64,000 nt of DNA from a virus (Duplodnaviria; Caudoviricetes). Each line of letters begins with the position of its first letter. The first letter of the stretch is position 1. Shown here piece after piece: positions 44,521-54,749 of this stretch. The notes below the pieces were generated by a model that ran no database searches, was not told the origin of the DNA, and worked only from the letters and a program-made list of their open reading frames with translations. The stretch covers positions 10,535 through 74,534 of the IMG/VR virus record IMGVR_UViG_3300006155_000013, one strand, 5' to 3'. Both the position numbers and the translations under genes were made by a program.

Positions 44521-45699
44521 ATGCTTGCCTACTACGGCACGAAAATCTCCCCCCACATGACGGACACGCCGGAGGGATATCTGATCTGCCACGACGTGGC
44601 CATCGCCCGGACGGGGGATATGGCCTACCGCGCAGCGGAGCTGGGGTTGGAGGGGGACCCGGACCGTGCGGTCACTGTGCGGCGGTACGCGGAGGACGTC
44701 TTCGACCCGGCGGCGGTGGCGAGCTTTGAGGGCAAGGATGTCACAGCGGGCCATCCGGCGGAGAGCGTGGGCCCGGCCAACCACGGGGCCTACTCCAAGG
44801 GCCATGTACAGAATGTACGCCGGGAGGGGGAGTATCTCACGGCGGACCTGCTGATCAAGGACGCCGCGCTCATCAGCGACATCAAAAACGGCGTGGTGCG
44901 GGAAGTCAGCTGCGGATATCTGTGCAGCTACACGCCGGAGGGGGACCACTACCGGCAGGAGCACATCCGGGGCAATCACGTGGCCGTCGTGCCCAGAGGG
45001 CGGGCAGGCCGCGAGGTGGCGATACAAGATTCGGCGCAGGACGCCGGGAAAGGAACGAATACCATGAGCAAATTTGCGAAGGCCATCCTCACCGCCTTTG
45101 GCCTGGCGGCGAAGGAGGCCCAGGACGAGGCGGAGGTCCACTCCCTGGTGGACACCGCCATGACCGCGCTGGACGCCGAACCCGCCGGGGAGACCGCCCC
45201 TGCGCCGGAGGCCGCACCCGCGGTCGAGACCCCCGCGGCGGATGCCGCTCCCAGCGCCCTAGAGGGCAAGCTGGACGAGGTGATCCGCCTGCTGAAGGCC
45301 CGGGACAGCGAGAACCCCACCGGCGTGGAGGCGCTGGACAGACTGATCGAGGGCCTGAAGGAGAAGGAGGAGGAGAAGGAGCCGGAAGTCGTCCCCGCAG
45401 GCGGGGCAGAGGACGCGCCCCTCACCGGCGGGGCCCGGGACGCGGCCATGGCCATCCTCAAGCACGTGCGGCCGGCGGTGGCCTCCATCGAGGACGCAGC
45501 CACCCGCTCCAAGGTGGCGGACGCCCTGCTGGAGGCGGTCCGGAGCCCCGGCGCCCTGGAGGCCATTGCCCAGGCGTCCCGGGAGAGCGCCCGGAGCGCC
45601 GCCGACGCCGCCGGGCAGACCAGCTTTGACAAGCTCTGCGCGGAGCAGAAGGCGGCCTACGACGCCCGCAACCCCCACAAAAAGAAGGAGGACAACTGA
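44521..45699 (+). CDS. DUF2213-like prohead protease/scaffold
   Basis: TPEGYLIC...FEGKDVT.GHP...EVSCGY...GNHVAVVPRGRAG. Confidence 0.88.
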   Translation: MLAYYGTKISPHMTDTPEGYLICHDVAIARTGDMAYRAAELGLEGDPDRAVTVRRYAEDVFDPAAVASFEGKDVTAGHPAESVGPANHGAYSKGHVQNVRREGEYLTADLLIKDAALISDIKNGVVREVSCGYLCSYTPEGDHYRQEHIRGNHVAVVPRGRAGREVAIQDSAQDAGKGTNTMSKFAKAILTAFGLAAKEAQDEAEVHSLVDTAMTALDAEPAGETAPAPEAAPAVETPAADAAPSALEGKLDEVIRLLKARDSENPTGVEALDRLIEGLKEKEEEKEPEVVPAGGAEDAPLTGGARDAAMAILKHVRPAVASIEDAATRSKVADALLEAVRSPGALEAIAQASRESARSAADAAGQTSFDKLCAEQKAAYDARNPHKKKEDN

Positions 45700-45700
45700 T

Positions 45701-46210
45701 ATGGGACTGAAGCCTCAGAACATCGGGGCCGCAATGCCCCACGGATATGCCGGGAGCTACGCCCGGCAGCCGGACATGATCGTGACCACCCGCCCCGCCG
45801 GGGCGGAGCTGGTCTTCGGCGCGGCGGCGAAGTATAACGCCGCCGGGGCCGTGGTGCCCATGGGCGCGGGCGACGCCGCTTCGGCCTTCGTTGGCGTTGC
45901 CGCCCGGGAGGTAAAGAGCGCCCTCAGCTATCTGGACCAGAACGTGGGCCGGTACGCGGAGAAGGAGGCCGTCCCCGTCTTTCAGCGGGGGTCCATCAAC
46001 GTCATCTGTCAGAAGGGCACGCCCAAGCTGGGCGGTGCGGTGTATATCCGCATCGCGGCGAACGAAAGCTACCCCACCGCCGCCGTGGGCGGCTTCGAGG
46101 CGGAGGCGGACGACAAGAATACCGTACAGCTGACGAACTGCCAATGGGCGGGCCCGGCGGACGCCGGGAAGGTGGCGGAACTGCGCATCCTCACCATGAC
46201 GAACGCGTAA
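45701..46210 (+). CDS. Capsid cement/decoration protein
   Basis: Between scaffold and major capsid protein. Confidence 0.65.
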   Translation: MGLKPQNIGAAMPHGYAGSYARQPDMIVTTRPAGAELVFGAAAKYNAAGAVVPMGAGDAASAFVGVAAREVKSALSYLDQNVGRYAEKEAVPVFQRGSINVICQKGTPKLGGAVYIRIAANESYPTAAVGGFEAEADDKNTVQLTNCQWAGPADAGKVAELRILTMTNA

Positions 46211-46223
46211 GGAGGACGAGACG

Positions 46224-47267
46224 ATGAACTATCAGAACATGGGGACCTTTGACGGCGGCGTCGTGGGCGGTGTGCGCGCCGGCGGCGCGGCCCGGGGCGG
46301 CGTGCTGACTTTGGACGAGGCCGCTATCGCAAGCGGCGGAGCGTTCCTCCGCTCGGAGCTGGAGAAGCGGGATCCCCTCATCCGCACCCCGCTCACCAGC
46401 TTCACCTACCCCAGAGACATCAGCGTCAGCGTGGGCGGCGGCTGGGTGGACGCCATCTCCGCACAGGCCGTGGGCTACGGCGTCACCGGAGGGAGCGGGG
46501 AGAGCCCGGTGGGCTCCGGCGGGGCCAACGGCATTCCCGTGGTCAACGCCAACGTGACCAACGGCCTCTACAAGGCCCACGTCTTTCAGCTCGCCCTGAA
46601 GGTACTGTTCGTGGATATGCAGAAGGCCAACTACACCGGCCGCTCCCTGGACAGCCTCCTCACCGACGGCGTCCGCATGACCTACGACAAGCACATGGAC
46701 CAGAACGTCTATCTGGGCCTGCCCGCCTACGGTACTACGGGGCTCCTCAACTGCCCCGACGCCGTGGAGACGACTGTGGCCGGAAACGGCGCGGCTACGG
46801 TTTCCACCAAGTGGAAGGACAAGACGCCGGACCAGATCCTCGCGGATGTGAACGCGGCCCTCATCGCCAACTGGGCGGCGGCGGAGTACGACGATAGCGC
46901 CCTGCCCAACCACATTCTCCTGCCCTACGAGCAGTACACCCACATCCTGACCACCAAGGTGACGGACCTCGCCACGGACACCATTCTGGACTATCTCCTG
47001 CGCAACAACGCGGCGGTGAAGAACGGCGGCTCCCTCTACATCGGGGCCACCCGCTGGTGCAAGGGCGCGGGGACCGGCGGCACGGACCGCATGGCGGTCT
47101 ATTGCAACCGGGAGCGGTTCGTGAGCGTGGAGGAGCTGGTGCCCCTCAGCCGGGTGATGAGCACCCCCAACGCGGCGGAGGCGTGCTACGACACCGCCTA
47201 CATGGCCAACCTCTCGGAGGTGGAGGTCTTCTATCCCCAGACCATCGCCTACTACGACGGCATTTAA
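46224..47267 (+). CDS. Major capsid protein (DUF2184-like)
   Basis: FLRSELEKRDP...TYPRDI...YPQTIAYYDGI. Confidence 0.88.
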   Translation: MNYQNMGTFDGGVVGGVRAGGAARGGVLTLDEAAIASGGAFLRSELEKRDPLIRTPLTSFTYPRDISVSVGGGWVDAISAQAVGYGVTGGSGESPVGSGGANGIPVVNANVTNGLYKAHVFQLALKVLFVDMQKANYTGRSLDSLLTDGVRMTYDKHMDQNVYLGLPAYGTTGLLNCPDAVETTVAGNGAATVSTKWKDKTPDQILADVNAALIANWAAAEYDDSALPNHILLPYEQYTHILTTKVTDLATDTILDYLLRNNAAVKNGGSLYIGATRWCKGAGTGGTDRMAVYCNRERFVSVEELVPLSRVMSTPNAAEACYDTAYMANLSEVEVFYPQTIAYYDGI

Positions 47268-47280
47268 GGAGGATGCGGAT

Positions 47281-47559
47281 ATGATCGTGGTATCCAAGAG
47301 AAATATCATCCTCCCCGGCCCCAACGGGGAGGCGTTCCATATGCCCCGGGATTACATGGGGCCCGTCCCGGAATGGGCGGAGAAGTCCGCCTACTTCCAG
47401 GCTCTGGTATCGGACGGCAAAGTCATCGTCTCCGCCGGGAAAGCCTCCGGTGGGAAGGGGAAGGGTGCAAAAAAGTCCTCTGCTCCCCAGGAGGATCCCC
47501 CGAAAGAGGACCAGCCCCAGCCTGATCCGCCCGCCGGTGGTCCCGGCGACGCAGAATGA
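47281..47559 (+). CDS. Hypothetical head-associated protein
   Basis: RBS AAGGAGG; VPEWAEKSAYFQALVSDG. Confidence 0.65.
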   Translation: MIVVSKRNIILPGPNGEAFHMPRDYMGPVPEWAEKSAYFQALVSDGKVIVSAGKASGGKGKGAKKSSAPQEDPPKEDQPQPDPPAGGPGDAE

Positions 47560-48047
47560 AGCCCCAGTTCCAGGGCGTCCGGGCCGCGGCGGCGAACCTC
47601 AGCGAGGGCCGGGGGAATTACACTGCGGAGATGTTCCGGGAGGATTTTCCACAATTTTTCAATCCCCCTGTGGAAGATGAGCCTGTTGTATGCCACGTCC
47701 CGCCGGTGATGCTGGAGGAGTTCCTCCGCATCGCCAACGCCTCCGTCACCCCGGACCGTTTCCTGGACGGCTGGAGGTACTGCTGCGGGCTGTATGTGGC
47801 CCATCAGGCGGCGCTGTACCTGCGCACCTACGCGGAGAGCTCCGCCACCCCCGCACAGGCCGCCGCCACGGGCGCTCTGGTGGGGGTGGTGAAGAGCGCC
47901 GCCCTGGGGGACAGCTCCGTCACCTACGACACCGACGCCCTCACGAAAGCAACGGCGGACTGGGGGGACCTCAACGCCACCCAGTACGGGCAGATATTGG
48001 CCACCCGGGCCCGGCTCGCGGGGATGGGAGGGACGTACATCCTATGA
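47556..48047 (+). CDS. Head-tail adaptor (DUF4054-like)
   Basis: FREDFPQF...GLYVAH...GDSSVTYD...TQYG. Confidence 0.8.
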   Translation: MKPQFQGVRAAAANLSEGRGNYTAEMFREDFPQFFNPPVEDEPVVCHVPPVMLEEFLRIANASVTPDRFLDGWRYCCGLYVAHQAALYLRTYAESSATPAQAAATGALVGVVKSAALGDSSVTYDTDALTKATADWGDLNATQYGQILATRARLAGMGGTYIL

Positions 48048-48511
48048 ATTTTCAGGACTGGTACACCGACCGCATGGAGGTACGGCGGGTGTGCTCCGTG
48101 CAGGAGGGCGCTCTGACGGTCCAGCAGCGGGAGGTGGTGGCAAAGGAGATCCCCTGCCGCATCTACCGCGCAGGGGTCCACCCGCCCCGGATGCAGTCCA
48201 CCGCCGCCTACACGGAAGGGGAGGACAAGGTCTGCTGCGCCAATGAGGTGGACATCCGGGCCGGGGACGAGCTGCTGATCCGCCGTGGGGCGGCTCTGGG
48301 GCAGACCCGGCAGACGGTCCGGGCCTTCGCCGGGGAGCCGGTGTACTACTACGAACCATTTGGGGCGGTGCTCCCGGGCCTCGCCCACCAGGAGGCCGCT
48401 CTGCTGGAGCAGGAATACCTGGATGCGGAGAAGGAGGCAGAGGAAGATGGCGCTGGGGGATGCGATTCAGAAGCGGATGGAGGAGCTGTCCAAGCGGCAG
48501 GCGGCGTTTGA
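48044..48511 (+). CDS. Head-tail joining protein
   Basis: ATGA overlap; synteny. Confidence 0.6.
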   Translation: MNFQDWYTDRMEVRRVCSVQEGALTVQQREVVAKEIPCRIYRAGVHPPRMQSTAAYTEGEDKVCCANEVDIRAGDELLIRRGAALGQTRQTVRAFAGEPVYYYEPFGAVLPGLAHQEAALLEQEYLDAEKEAEEDGAGGCDSEADGGAVQAAGGV

Positions 48512-48953
48512 CGCCCGCTTAGCCGCTGTCGCGGAGGGCGCGACCCTCCGGGCAGTGGAGGAGGCGCAGGACAACACGCCGCCTAACACCTTTGAGGAGG
48601 ATGAGCTCCGGGGCGTCCATATGATAACCGGCGCGATGGCCAGTCACTGGGGAACGGACAGTCAGACCGCCCCCACTCGTGTCGGGAGCAGTTACGTGAC
48701 CGCTCTTGCCAACAACCAGGAGTACGCAAGCTACGTCAACGACGGCCACCGGCAGGACAAGCACTTTGTCCCCGGGCTGTATGTGGACGAGGACGGCCTC
48801 CTCTCCCGGGACCCGGGCCGTCCCGGCGGCATGATGGTTGGCACCAGGACCTCCTACGTCCCCGGCCTGTATATGAAGGAAAAGGCCGGGGAGCGGTACC
48901 GCGAGACGGTGGAGGCAGAGCTCCCCGGTTTGGCAAAGGAGATGCTGGAATGA
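48447..48953 (+). CDS. HK97 gp10-like neck protein
   Basis: NNQEYASYVNDGHR...FVPG. Confidence 0.75.
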   Translation: MALGDAIQKRMEELSKRQAAFDARLAAVAEGATLRAVEEAQDNTPPNTFEEDELRGVHMITGAMASHWGTDSQTAPTRVGSSYVTALANNQEYASYVNDGHRQDKHFVPGLYVDEDGLLSRDPGRPGGMMVGTRTSYVPGLYMKEKAGERYRETVEAELPGLAKEMLE

Positions 48954-49405
48954 TTTTTACCTTCCCCGCCCTGTCCCGGTCCTTGGCGGACTGCCTCGCG
49001 CCGGACCTGCCCGGGGTGCGGTTTTTTGCCGGCCCCACCCAGCAGGGCGCAAAACCGCCGATGCTGTTCCTCCGGCAGACCCACGCCTCCATCTCCCCGC
49101 AGACCGGGGACCGCTTCCTGCGGAAGTTGGGGCTGGATCTGGTATATCTGGAGCAGTTCAACCGCCTGGGAGCCGACAGCCGTCTGCAAGAGGCGGCTGA
49201 CGTGCTGGACCTGCGACTGGAGGTATTCCCCTACCGGAGCGCCCCCGGAGAGGAGCCGGTCCTTCTGCGGACCTATGACCGGAGCTGGGAGATCGCGGAC
49301 AGTGCGCTCCACTACAAATTCCAACTGCGCCTGCGCCTGACGGCGGCGGAGGACGCGGCGCTCATGCGCTCCATCCAGGAGCTGAACATGGAGGTCGACC
49401 CATGA
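48950..49405 (+). CDS. Tail terminator-like protein
   Basis: Synteny before sheath. Confidence 0.6.
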   Translation: MIFTFPALSRSLADCLAPDLPGVRFFAGPTQQGAKPPMLFLRQTHASISPQTGDRFLRKLGLDLVYLEQFNRLGADSRLQEAADVLDLRLEVFPYRSAPGEEPVLLRTYDRSWEIADSALHYKFQLRLRLTAAEDAALMRSIQELNMEVDP

Positions 49406-49569
49406 AAGAGACGGAAAAGACGTACCCCACCGAGGCCCTGCTCCAGAGCAAGGCCCTCGCGGGCTACCAGAAAGACTTCGCCCGGGCGCTGCTGCCCAAG
49501 AGCGCCTACTCCCTCCGGGAGGCGAAGCAGATTTTAGACAAATTCTTCAACAAGCGGGGTGACGCATAA
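49402..49569 (+). CDS. Small hypothetical protein (55 aa)
   Basis: MKETEKTYPTEALL...; overlaps both neighbours. Confidence 0.55.
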   Translation: MKETEKTYPTEALLQSKALAGYQKDFARALLPKSAYSLREAKQILDKFFNKRGDA

Positions 49570-50915
49570 TGGCGGGCGGCAACTGGACGGCCCAGAACAA
49601 GGTCCGTCCCGGCATCTACATCAACTTCACCAGCCGGGGCAGCGTCGGCCTCACCCCCGGTTCACGGGGGACCTTAGCGGCGTGCAGGGCCCTCTCCTGG
49701 GGGCCGGTGGGACAGCTCATGACCATCGGCGCGGGGGAGAAGCTCACGCCCTACACCGGCTATGACATCACCGCGCCCCAGTGCCGCTTCCTCCGGGAGG
49801 CGTTCAAGGGCACGGATGTCACCGGCGGACCTACCAAGGTTCTCCTCTACCGTCCGGAGGCGGCGGGGGCCGCGGCGGCGTCCGCGTCCCTGGGGGAGGG
49901 CGGCGTCACGGTGACAGCCCTGTACCCCGGCGTTCGGGGAAACGACATCTCCCTCACCGTCACCGAGGACGTGGACCAGCCGGGCACCTTCACTGTGGCC
50001 ACCTACGTCGACGGCGTCCAGGTGGACGCTCAGACAGTCAAGACGGCGGCGGAGCTGGTCCCCAACGCCTGGGCGGCGTTCTCCGGCGCCGGGACCCTCG
50101 CCGCTGTGGCGGGCGTCACCCTCACCGGCGGCGCGGACGGGACGGTGGGCGACACGGCCTACGCCTCCTTCCTGGAGGCCCTGGAGCCCTACAGCTTCGA
50201 CGTGCTGGTCTATGACGGCGGCTCCGCCCCCGTGCGGGACGCCATGATCTCCTTCGTCAAGCGCATCTCCTCCCAGGCCGGGCGCTATACCCAGCTCGCC
50301 CTCACCGGGGCCAAGAACGCAGACAGCCCCTTTGTCATCAACTGCGCCAGCGGCGTGGTGCTGGACGGCGGCGACACCCTCACGCCCCAGGAGGCGCTCT
50401 GGTGGCTCGCCGGAGCCCAGGCCGGGGCTCAGTACTACCAGACCCTCACCTACGCCCGCTATCCCGGCGCGGTGGACGTCTCCCCCCGCCTCACCGGCAC
50501 TCAGATCGAGGAGGCCATCCTCGCCGGGGACCTGGTGCTCTCGGAGGAGTTCGGGCGGGTCCGCATCGAGACGGACATCAACACCCTCACCACGGTCACG
50601 GAGACCTTCGGCCCGGCCTTCCGCAAAAACCGGACCATGCGGGCCTGCAACACCTTGGCCAACGACATCTACCGGGAGTTCTCTCAGAACTTCCTGGGCA
50701 AGGTCACCAACAACGCCGCCGGCCGGGCGCTCTTCCAGGCGGCCATTTTGCGCTACCTGCTGGAGATGTACGCCCGGGGAGCCCTCCGGGAGCGTCCCGT
50801 GGGGGAGGACGTGGAGGTCCTCATGGGGGATGCCACCGACAGCCTGGTTATCAACTTGGGCCTCTATTTGGCGGATGCCGTTGAAAAGATCTACATGACC
50901 ATCACCGTGATGTAA
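49569..50915 (+). CDS. Tail sheath protein (XkdK-like)
   Basis: MAGGNWTAQNKVRPGIYINF; ALYPGVRGN; RIETDINTL. Confidence 0.93.
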   Translation: MAGGNWTAQNKVRPGIYINFTSRGSVGLTPGSRGTLAACRALSWGPVGQLMTIGAGEKLTPYTGYDITAPQCRFLREAFKGTDVTGGPTKVLLYRPEAAGAAAASASLGEGGVTVTALYPGVRGNDISLTVTEDVDQPGTFTVATYVDGVQVDAQTVKTAAELVPNAWAAFSGAGTLAAVAGVTLTGGADGTVGDTAYASFLEALEPYSFDVLVYDGGSAPVRDAMISFVKRISSQAGRYTQLALTGAKNADSPFVINCASGVVLDGGDTLTPQEALWWLAGAQAGAQYYQTLTYARYPGAVDVSPRLTGTQIEEAILAGDLVLSEEFGRVRIETDINTLTTVTETFGPAFRKNRTMRACNTLANDIYREFSQNFLGKVTNNAAGRALFQAAILRYLLEMYARGALRERPVGEDVEVLMGDATDSLVINLGLYLADAVEKIYMTITVM

Positions 50916-50930
50916 GGGAGGAGAGACGAC

Positions 50931-51407
50931 ATGAGTTTTCTGCTGGAACGAGACACCCTCCACGGCGCGGCGGGGAAAGCCTTTCTCACCATCAATGGTC
51001 AGGTGAAGGAGCTCTTCGGCGCGAAGAAGGTCCAGACCCAGGCGGAGATCCAGGGCACGGACATGAAGGTCATCGGCACCAAGCGCATCCAGAACAAGCC
51101 CGGCGGCGTCAAGCAGACCGGCACCGGCACCTGCTACTACGGCACCCCCATCTTTGCCGATATCCTCGCCCGGTACGTCCGGGAGGGCGTGATGCCCTAT
51201 TTCACCCTACAGACCACCAACGACGACAAGGCCACCAGCGTGGGCGTGCAGACCATCGCCTACTACAACTGCAAGCTCTCGGGGACGGTGCCGCTGTCCG
51301 TCCTGGACGCGGAGGCCGATATGCTGACCTTCGACTTCTCCTTCACCTACGAGGACTTCGAGATCCTCAGCCGCTTCAACGACCAGCCCGCACAGTTGGG
51401 CACCTGA
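50931..51407 (+). CDS. Tail tube protein (XkdM-like)
   Basis: FTLQTTNDD...FDFSFTYEDF; after sheath. Confidence 0.9.
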   Translation: MSFLLERDTLHGAAGKAFLTINGQVKELFGAKKVQTQAEIQGTDMKVIGTKRIQNKPGGVKQTGTGTCYYGTPIFADILARYVREGVMPYFTLQTTNDDKATSVGVQTIAYYNCKLSGTVPLSVLDAEADMLTFDFSFTYEDFEILSRFNDQPAQLGT

Positions 51408-51419
51408 TAGGAGGATACC

Positions 51420-51830
51420 ATGGACAACCTGAACGCGTTTTTGAACCCTGTACAGAGCGCCGGACCCCTGGAGGTGATAATCTCCAGGCGCTTTCTCGGC
51501 GAGGACGGCAAGCCCGTCCCCTTCAAGATCCGCCCCGTGACCCAGGAGGAGAACGACAGCCTCACCAGGAGCTCCACCCGCCGGATCAAGATGAACGGGC
51601 AGAACGTGGAGAAGCTGGACACCGCCCTCTATGGCCGCCGCCTGGTGGTGGCGGCCACGGTGGAGCCGGACTTCACCAGCGAGGCCCTTTGCAGGGCCTA
51701 CGGCACCATGGACCCCCTGGAGGTGCCGGGGAAGATGCTCCTCGCCGGGGAGTACGCCTGCCTGCAAAGGGAGATCTCGGCCCTCTCCGGTTTTGACCTG
51801 GACGGCCTGGAGGACGAAGCAAAAAACTGA
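51420..51830 (+). CDS. Tail assembly chaperone (XkdN-like)
   Basis: FLGEDGKPVPFKIRP...LLAGEY. Confidence 0.85.
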   Translation: MDNLNAFLNPVQSAGPLEVIISRRFLGEDGKPVPFKIRPVTQEENDSLTRSSTRRIKMNGQNVEKLDTALYGRRLVVAATVEPDFTSEALCRAYGTMDPLEVPGKMLLAGEYACLQREISALSGFDLDGLEDEAKN

Positions 51831-51991
51831 TCGGCGGGGGCGACCCGGACACCCTTTTGGCCTACTATATGTTCGTCAACCACGGGTGGCGCCCCCGGCA
51901 GGTGGCGGACCTGCCCTACCGGGAACGGGTCCTTCTGACCCAGTTCGCGCTGAAGGAGATCCGCGCCCGCGAGGCGGCAAAGAGGAGGTGA
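51821..51991 (+). CDS. -1 frameshift extension of tail chaperone
   Basis: A AAA AAC slippery heptamer directly before TGA; -1 frame open for ~55 codons to the TMP RBS. Confidence 0.85.
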   Translation, partial: KKLIGGGDPDTLLAYYMFVNHGWRPRQVADLPYRERVLLTQFALKEIRAREAAKRR

Positions 51992-51997
51992 GCGTCT

Positions 51998-53995
51998 GTG
52001 GCAGTTATTCGGGAGACCTTCGTACTGGAGGACCGGTTTTCCGCCGTGTTCTCCTCCTATCTGAACCTGGGGCGGCAGATCGCCGCCAATATGCGGGCGG
52101 CGTCCGATACCCAGGACAGCTTCACCGCCGCCGTGGCGGAGAGCGGCGCGGCCCTGGAGGAGCTCTCCGGAGCCGGAAGCCGCACCGCCCAGGCCATGGA
52201 GCGCAGCAGCTCTGCCGCGGAGAAGATGGCCGGTTCCTCCGGCGGCGCGGCGTCGAAGCAGGAGCGGCTCAACCGGGCCATGCGCTCCGGCGCGGGGGCG
52301 GCGGACGGCCTGACAAGGAAGCTCCTGGGCCTCGCGGCGGCATATCTGAGCGTCCAGAGCGCCCAGAAGCTCCTCAGCCTCACCGACACCTGGACCCAGA
52401 CCACGGCCCGGCTGGACCGGATGAACGACGGCGCGCAGACCACGCCGGAGGTCCAGGACATGATCTTCCACGCCGCCCAGCGCTCCCGGGGCGACTACCA
52501 GGACACCGCCGACATGGCGGCAAAGCTGGGCACCCTCGCCCCGGAGGCCTTCGGCTCCACGGCGGAGGTGGTGGCCTTCACCGAGCAGATCAACAAGCAG
52601 TTCGCCCTTGCGGGCACCAGCGCCCAGGGGGCTCAGGCCGCCATGCTCCAGCTTACCCAGGCTATGGCCTCCGGCGTCCTGCGGGGGGAGGAGCTCAACT
52701 CCGTCCTGGAGCAGGCCCCCACCATCACCCAGGCCATCGCCAAATACATGGGCGTGACCATCGGGGAGCTCCGGGAGCTGGCCAGCGAGGGGCAGGTCAC
52801 GGCCCATGTGGTCAAAGCCGCCCTCTTCGCCGCAGCGGAGGAGACCAACGCCGCCTTTGAGGCGGTGCCGCTGACCTTCTCCCAGGCGTGGACTTTGGCG
52901 AAAAACGAGATGCTGAACGCCTTCCGGCCGGCCCTGGAGGAGCTCAGCGGCCTCCTCAACAGCGACATCGGGCACGATTTTCTAAACGGGCTCATCTACG
53001 CCGCGCAGATGGCGGGGAGCGCCCTCACATGGCTCATCGGCCTGGTCCGTTCCGGCGCGGAGGCGGTGCGGGAGAACTGGGAGCTGGTCTCCACAATCCT
53101 ACAGTTCGCCGGGGGCGCTGTCTTGGCCCTCACGGCCATCGCTGTGGCGTCCTCTATGGCGCGGGCGGGGGCCTGGGCCCTGGAGCACTGGCGGATGCTC
53201 GCCTTTGTGGCCGCCATTGGCGCGGTCATCACCGCCATGTACGCCATGGGCATGACCAGCGAGGAGGTCTTCGCACACATCGGCGCGGGGGCGGGGTGGC
53301 TCTTCGCCCTGGGGAGCAACCTGATTGCGGACGGCTGGAACCTGATCGCGACATTTGCGGAATTCTTTGCCAACGTATTCGACAATCCCGTGGCGGCTGT
53401 AGCAAATCTGTTTTTGGGCCTGTTCAACTTCATCATGGACGTGGTCGGCACCGCCGCCGGGGCCATTGACGCCCTGCTGGGGTCCGACATCTCGGGCGCT
53501 GTGCGGGGATTTCAGAGCGGGGTCAACGACTTTGTAACCGGGATCTTTGGAGAGAACAAGGTCAAAGTCGAACGCATGGAGAAAATCAGCTACGAGGACA
53601 CCATGGACCGCTGGTCCAACGCGGGAGCGGGGCTGGGGAAGGCTCTGGACAACTTCAACGCCCAGGACCTCCTCTCCAACATGGGTGGCACTCCCTTCGA
53701 CTACGACGCCCTCCTCTCCAACGCCGGGATCACCGGAGCTCTGGAGGACATCGGCGCGGACACCAAGGCCATCCGCAGCAGCGTCTCCCTCTCGGAGGAG
53801 GACATGAAGCTCCTGGTGGACCTGGCGGAGCGGGAGTACGTCACCAACGTCAACCTCACCGCCCAGACGCCCGTTATCAACGTCAGCGGACAGAACAGCG
53901 GCGACACCGATATGGACCGCCGGGCCCTGGCCGACGCCATCCGGGACATCCTCATCGAGCAGTCCGCCTCCCACACGGACCTCGCCTACACATAA
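51998..53995 (+). CDS. Tape measure protein
   Basis: AAQRSRG...QLTQAMASGVLRGEELNSVLEQAP motif. Confidence 0.93.
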   Translation: MAVIRETFVLEDRFSAVFSSYLNLGRQIAANMRAASDTQDSFTAAVAESGAALEELSGAGSRTAQAMERSSSAAEKMAGSSGGAASKQERLNRAMRSGAGAADGLTRKLLGLAAAYLSVQSAQKLLSLTDTWTQTTARLDRMNDGAQTTPEVQDMIFHAAQRSRGDYQDTADMAAKLGTLAPEAFGSTAEVVAFTEQINKQFALAGTSAQGAQAAMLQLTQAMASGVLRGEELNSVLEQAPTITQAIAKYMGVTIGELRELASEGQVTAHVVKAALFAAAEETNAAFEAVPLTFSQAWTLAKNEMLNAFRPALEELSGLLNSDIGHDFLNGLIYAAQMAGSALTWLIGLVRSGAEAVRENWELVSTILQFAGGAVLALTAIAVASSMARAGAWALEHWRMLAFVAAIGAVITAMYAMGMTSEEVFAHIGAGAGWLFALGSNLIADGWNLIATFAEFFANVFDNPVAAVANLFLGLFNFIMDVVGTAAGAIDALLGSDISGAVRGFQSGVNDFVTGIFGENKVKVERMEKISYEDTMDRWSNAGAGLGKALDNFNAQDLLSNMGGTPFDYDALLSNAGITGALEDIGADTKAIRSSVSLSEEDMKLLVDLAEREYVTNVNLTAQTPVINVSGQNSGDTDMDRRALADAIRDILIEQSASHTDLAYT

Positions 53996-54007
53996 GGGGG
54001 GCGCGCT

Positions 54008-54748
54008 ATGGAGAACCGATATGGCCTCTATCTCTCCCGGGAGGGCACCACCGTGCGCCTCCCCGTGAATCCGGAGAGCTACACCATCACCCGGGACAAC
54101 GACAACGGCAACTACAACGTCCTGGGCGTGGGTCCCATCATGATCCCCCGGACGCCCAAATTGCAGGCCGTCTCCTGGTCCGGCCTCCTGCCGGGCCGGG
54201 CGGACCTGGGGGCTGTGGTGACCGGCGGGGGCTTCCGGCCGCCCCAGTTCTACATCGACTTCCTCCAGTCCGCCCTGGATGACAAAGCGGTCTGCCGCTT
54301 CGTGGCCAACCGCTGCCTGGAGGACGGCTCCGCCCTCTTTGACACCAACCTGCCCGTCCTGGTCACTCGCTTTGAGACCGAGGAGCGGGGCGGCGAGACC
54401 GGGGATTTCTACTACAAGATCGCCCTGAGCGAGTATCGGGACTACTCTCCCAAGACCGTGGAGCTCCGCCCCGCGGCGGAGGCGGGCGGCCCTGTCACCG
54501 CCACCAGCGAGGAGACCCGTTCCATCCCCCAGGGCCAACTGACCGTAGGGCAGGCGGTGGTGGTCAGCGGAGCCTGCTGCCGGGACAGCTATGGCGGAAA
54601 GCCCCACGGAACGCTCTCCGGCTTCCGGGGCGTGATCAGCCGCATCGTCACCGACGACCCCCAGCGGGCGTATCCGTACCATATCACGGACGAGAGCGGC
54701 GCGGCCAAGGGCTGGGTCAAGGCGTCCCAGATCCAGGAGGGCGGCTGA
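54008..54748 (+). CDS. XkdP-like tail tube initiator
   Basis: LPVNPE...GDFYYKIALSEYR. Confidence 0.75.
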   Translation: MENRYGLYLSREGTTVRLPVNPESYTITRDNDNGNYNVLGVGPIMIPRTPKLQAVSWSGLLPGRADLGAVVTGGGFRPPQFYIDFLQSALDDKAVCRFVANRCLEDGSALFDTNLPVLVTRFETEERGGETGDFYYKIALSEYRDYSPKTVELRPAAEAGGPVTATSEETRSIPQGQLTVGQAVVVSGACCRDSYGGKPHGTLSGFRGVISRIVTDDPQRAYPYHITDESGAAKGWVKASQIQEGG

Positions 54749-54749
54749 T

